From Podarcis erhardii (lineage: Eukaryota): a stretch of 64,000 nucleotides of DNA. The notes beneath the pieces are model-generated. The model worked only from the letters and a program-made list of their open reading frames with translations. It was not told the origin of the DNA and did not search any database. The position numbers were made by a program, and so were the translations under genes. Positions 59,503 to 64,000 of this stretch are shown one piece after another; the first letter of the stretch is position 1; each line of letters begins with the position of its first letter. The stretch lies in NCBI GenBank assembly GCA_964252035.1, contig OZ176205.1; one strand, given 5' to 3'.

Positions 59503-60094
59503 TAGAGTACAGGAGTGAGGAGAGCCACAGCAAGATTCAATGGCCCCTTCTTGTATTTATTCATTATTAAATTACAAAAAGCAGTGCATTTTAAATATCA
59601 CATATTGTGCCTCATAGTACAGTTGATAATAAACAGAACACAGCTGCTATCGAGAAACACATGTGGCCTGAAAAACATGGGGGCTGCTGGGGAACTTTCT
59701 GCCTTCCTCGTTGTCACCCCTGCCTGCACAAATGGGGCAGTGAACCTCATTCGGTACATTCTGGCACCCTCTAGAGCACCTGATAGACTATGATAAGCAT
59801 CCCCATCTGGCCCATGGTTTAGAAGTCTTTTACTGCATTTTCCCCCTCCTGTATAGTTCTAGCTGCATACAATGCCATTTTGCAAACAAACATACCTGCA
59901 TTTGGGTCAGGATAACACCCTATTGCATAACGTTCATACATTATTTAGCTTTGGAATTTTCCTTCTTGCTCTCATGTCAAAGCAACAGCTACTTGAGCAG
60001 AAGAGATCACTGTATTGCTTGATTAGAAAGGCGGCCCAGACTGTTTTTGGTCAAACCCCAAACCATGTGCTAATCTCTGTGACTGTCATTTGAG

Positions 60095-60310
60095 GCTCTC
60101 TTGCAGGTGCTTCCAGTTTTTGAGATACTTTGCATGAGGATTGGGGAAAGGGCCTTTTCAGTTGTAGCACCATGCCTTTAGAAAGTTCGAGCTCTTGCCA
60201 GGGCCTACTTTTTTGCCTTTATTGTGCTGGGCAAATATATTTTCATTCTCCCAGGCCTTTTAGACCTTTTAAGTCACAGTGAAAGGTTTTGTTGTTGTTG
60301 TTGTTGTTGT
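60095..60310 (+). mobile_element. L2 3' fragment ending in (GTT)n
   Basis: GAAAGGGCCTTTTCAGTTGTAGCACCA = ERAFSVVAP. Confidence 0.55.
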
Positions 60311-63103
60311 TTTTACTAGTTCTGGCCTATCAAGTTTTTATTTATATTGTTTCTGCTGTTTCTTGCTCTTCAGGATATTTTTATAGTTAAGCATCTTGTG
60401 TGCTGAAAGTTTGGGACAGAAATTTAATGCAGTAAAAAAGAAAAGGAGAAAGGAATTATTATCATGTTGATATTATTAATTGCATTCAGAGACTAATTTA
60501 CTGTGTTTCAGATGATGTCTATGAGAGAAAGGGAGTGATGCTTAAATCTTAGTATTTTAGTTTTATACCAAAAGTCGCTCCACCCATGCACAGATGTTAA
60601 CTCCGAGGAGCGTTCACTTATTAAGAACTTGCCTTAAATGGTATTGTGGCCAAGACAAGGATGTTGCAAATAGAACTTCCACCTGATGCTCTTAACAGTT
60701 CTGTGTGGTGCAAAGCACTTCAAGTTAACTTTCTTGAAGTTAGAATACTTTCTTCCATTTTGGCAGGTTAAAAAGGATGCAGTTACAGGCGATGTAAGCC
60801 AGTAGTTGAGATGTGATTGTCTTCTGCCTTATGAATATTGTGCTTACTGCTTTCTTTTCATCATACCTTACTTACTTGCAAATCTGTAAATAAAGCATTT
60901 TAAATATACTGTAATATTTTTGCTCTGTCTCTTTTGAAGGAAACTGACTCTAGTAAGGCTGCCCAGTATGTCTCAGTGCTCAGGAAAGAGGAAGCAACAT
61001 TATATTTTAAAATGAGTGCAGTCCCCCCCCCCCATTCTGGTATATTATTCAGTTTACAGCTAAGGGAACACAATTGCCTCAGTAACTTATGCACATGCTC
61101 TCACACACATTTTCAGTTAACCTCTGTTTAGCAAACCTCCTGCTTAAAAATAATAATGATAAAGAAGCTGCTTATTTAGGCCCTTTCCAAATCTTGTCAT
61201 TGTATAATTAGATTATTGGACTAGAGCACTGTTTTTCCTTTGACAGAAGTGGGATACAAAACCTGTGCAAAATTATTTAAAAGCCTTTTAGACCAGAAAT
61301 CTCAAACTATACCATTATTTTGGGATTATGCCAGAAAAACTTAAAAGTTGCCAAAGTGCTGCTAATAGCCTCAGCTGTTAAGAGTCATCATTGAATTAAG
61401 TATTAGAATAAAGCAAAATATGTTGGTGGAATTGCCACTGAAGTTTAAGATCTTCAAAGGCTCCTTCCATGAAAAAATGTCTCTGCATAAATGGCAACTT
61501 AGCACCAGTCTCACTATGATTTTTAGATTTGGCATTCTAGATGGACTTTTAGTTTGAAGCAGGCTATTTGTCACAGAGTTCCCAAGCTTCGCTCACGTTA
61601 AATCTTCACCGGCAAGAGAAAGTAAGTCTTTTATGGGTAACCATAAAATTGGCATTTCCTATTTTGACTCGCTTTTTGACCAGGCAACCTGAAATAACAT
61701 TCTTTAATGTAATTTTTGGAAGACATGTTAAACTAAGGGTAAAACAAGGCTCTAAGGCACTGTCCGTATCCTTTTCAAGTTTTGGGCCTTTGGAATGCAG
61801 TATCTTTCCACTGCCATCAAGTTGCTATATGACATAGCATGTGCATTGCTTGACAAAGTCTCCCACTTTTGATTCTGCCTACATTTTAATGCAGAGACCA
61901 GCAAGAATTTGGAAAGCATTTGTGCTTCAAGTAAACAGATTCTGGGAGGAGCTCAGGGTGTGCTGCTGGCTGCTGCTGCTGCTCAGCCATGAAGAGGGTA
62001 CAGACCTAGTCCCCTCTGCACCAGATCCCACCCTCTCCTCTCTCAAACCCCACCCTCTTTTGCAGAGGCAAGTGCTGACAATTGCACTCATCCTTCAGTC
62101 CTTGCTCTCCCTGGCAACATGCCTAGAAGTCTAGATCTTTGCAACAGAATGCGCAGTGGGGGAGGGTGAAAACTCTGAGCAACTCCTATTCTGATTACAA
62201 GCTTTTCCTACATGTGATTAGTCAGAAATAATAGCCTAAAGTGGTGGAACTAGAAATATACTGTTAATTTGAGAAGTATACCCTTTTAAAAAAACCTGGC
62301 AAAGCAGAGGGCTCTTAATTTACCCAGTACCTGCTACTAACTGCGATGAAGATGATGTCATTCTCAGAATGTGACAAAGGGCTAATAGTATATGCAGTAA
62401 AAACAATGAGTCAACAGTTTCTATGCCCTTGAGGTCAAACTTTCCACAGATTGAAAGTAGCCCATTCTTTTTTTACACACAGGATTTGCAGTTATTAGCT
62501 ACTGCATAATAAAGAAATGTGCAATGTCAAGATAACAGAGGAACAAAACTTTTTTTGTTCAAAGTAGAAATCCCTGAAAGTGTTTACTGTGACAAAAAAA
62601 AGGAAAGAAGAAAACATTCAAACATTTTAGAAAACTAATTCTTGAGCCTTTGCCTCTCAAAGCAGTGCTAAGAAATGCTGTGCTTCGAAAAGCAATGATA
62701 TACATATGCAGAGTTGCAATATGCAACCTCGATAATTCTGAGAACCCAACTTCCTGTAAGGTTGAGAGGAGAGGTTCACTGTTGCTGTTTAAATGGCTTC
62801 ATCAGCTCCATCTCTATGTGGGAATCTTCATAAATATATCAAAGAGAACTTTTGTTTTCAGCAGTAGAGGGTAAGAAGCTGCTCATTTCTGAAGATGTTT
62901 TTGATTATGGCCATCGGTTTTGGTTGCTTGAAAGACAGTTAAACCATGAGTCTTGTCCGTTATATTTACTCAGAAGCAAGTCCCACTGGTTTCATTGGAG
63001 CTTACTTCCAGGCAAGACTGCGGCCTTGAATGTGAAAAATAACATCAAGTAATTGGATGAACCTCAATGCCTCATTAGCTTTTATTTGTAATAGGCCTAT
63101 GTA

Positions 63104-63345
63104 CAGTGGTACCTCAGGTTAAGTACTTAATTCGTTCTGGAGGTCCATACTTAACCTGAAACTGTTCTTAACCTGAAGCACCACTTTAGCTAATGGGGCC
63201 TCCTGCTTCTGCCGCGCCACCGGATCATGGTTTCTGTTCTCATCCTGAAGCAAAGTTCTTAACCTGAGGTACTATTTCTGGGTTGGCGGAGTCTGCAACC
63301 TGAAGCGTCTGTAACCTGAAGCATCTGTAACCCGAGGTACCACTG
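63104..63345 (+). mobile_element. Tc1/mariner MITE family A, copy 3 (242 bp)
   Basis: Same TIRs, length and TA TSD as copy 1. Confidence 0.92.
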
Positions 63346-64000
63346 TATTTGGTGAAATATTGTCTGTCTTTTGTATTAACTAAAAATTAACTAATTTGTT
63401 TAATGCCAATTGCACTCTAATTTTTCATACCACCATAACAGAAAATAGGGATGGTGGAGCAAGACTGTGGGGATGAGAGAAGTAGCAGGAGCCAACATTC
63501 TGTCAGTCTGGATTACTGATATCTAGTTAAGAAGAAAACGTATATAAGCCGCATTTAGCATCTTGCCTGTACAGACCTCTGGGTGTTTAGTTCTGTTTGT
63601 TTTTTGTTTTATACAATACCTGTAAGGATTGTTCTGCTCTATAGTAGCAACTAGTAACTAAACTGAATGGACATATTAAAACTGAATGAAGGCATATTGG
63701 CAGCCATGTTTATATACTGTTGAGTCCATTCTATCACCCTCATTAATTTCTTTATGGCCTCTAGAGAAGCCACACTCAAGTTGCTCCCAGTTAAAGCTTG
63801 CATTTTACAAAGGGTGGTGGTATCTGGTCATGTCATGGCTCACTGACTTGCTTAAATAATTTGATTTCCCTGGATCTGTTCTGCTTCAAATCCCAGGCAT
63901 GAACTTCACTAGCTGACCTTACAGGGTTCCTCTGATGATAAAATAAGAGGACAAAAGGAAAGGTGGCTATAAATATTTTTTGAAAAAATTGTTTTGTCTG

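Noticed and set aside
57000-64000. Exons of syntenic neighbours RNF11, TTC39A or C1orf185
   Set aside because: No translation matching the sequences I recall for these proteins.

Overview
Vertebrate genomic DNA. The repeat content (Sauria SINE, tRNA-derived SINEs, CR1/L2/RTE LINEs, Tc1-mariner and hAT MITEs) points to a squamate, probably a lacertid lizard (inference). The window holds the head-to-head FAF1/CDKN2C locus. FAF1 coding exons 1-4 lie on the minus strand (29531->1335; the gene continues past the left edge). CDKN2C (p18INK4c, 174 aa) is complete on the plus strand, with coding exons 46919-47047 and 51652-52047 and an upstream non-coding exon. There are four CpG islands: the FAF1 promoter, the CDKN2C promoter (containing a 140-N gap), the CDKN2C last exon, and an orphan island at 55.5-56.9 kb. 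Most ORFs in the supplied track are chance or GC-rich artefacts. Most notable observations: (1) the last CDKN2C exon has about 94% GC3 and is fully open in the frame CDKN2A uses for ARF, and the FAF1 island carries a plus-strand ATG ORF with a phase-1 donor that could act as an 'exon 1beta'. This is a hypothesis, and GC3 bias is a real alternative explanation. (2) Several uORFs precede p18, one overlapping its start codon. (3) The orphan island carries a candidate first exon. (4) A LINE endonuclease frame can be reconstructed after removing a SINE flanked by a target-site duplication (TSD). All coordinates and counts were made by hand; TE family names come from pattern recognition, not database searches.
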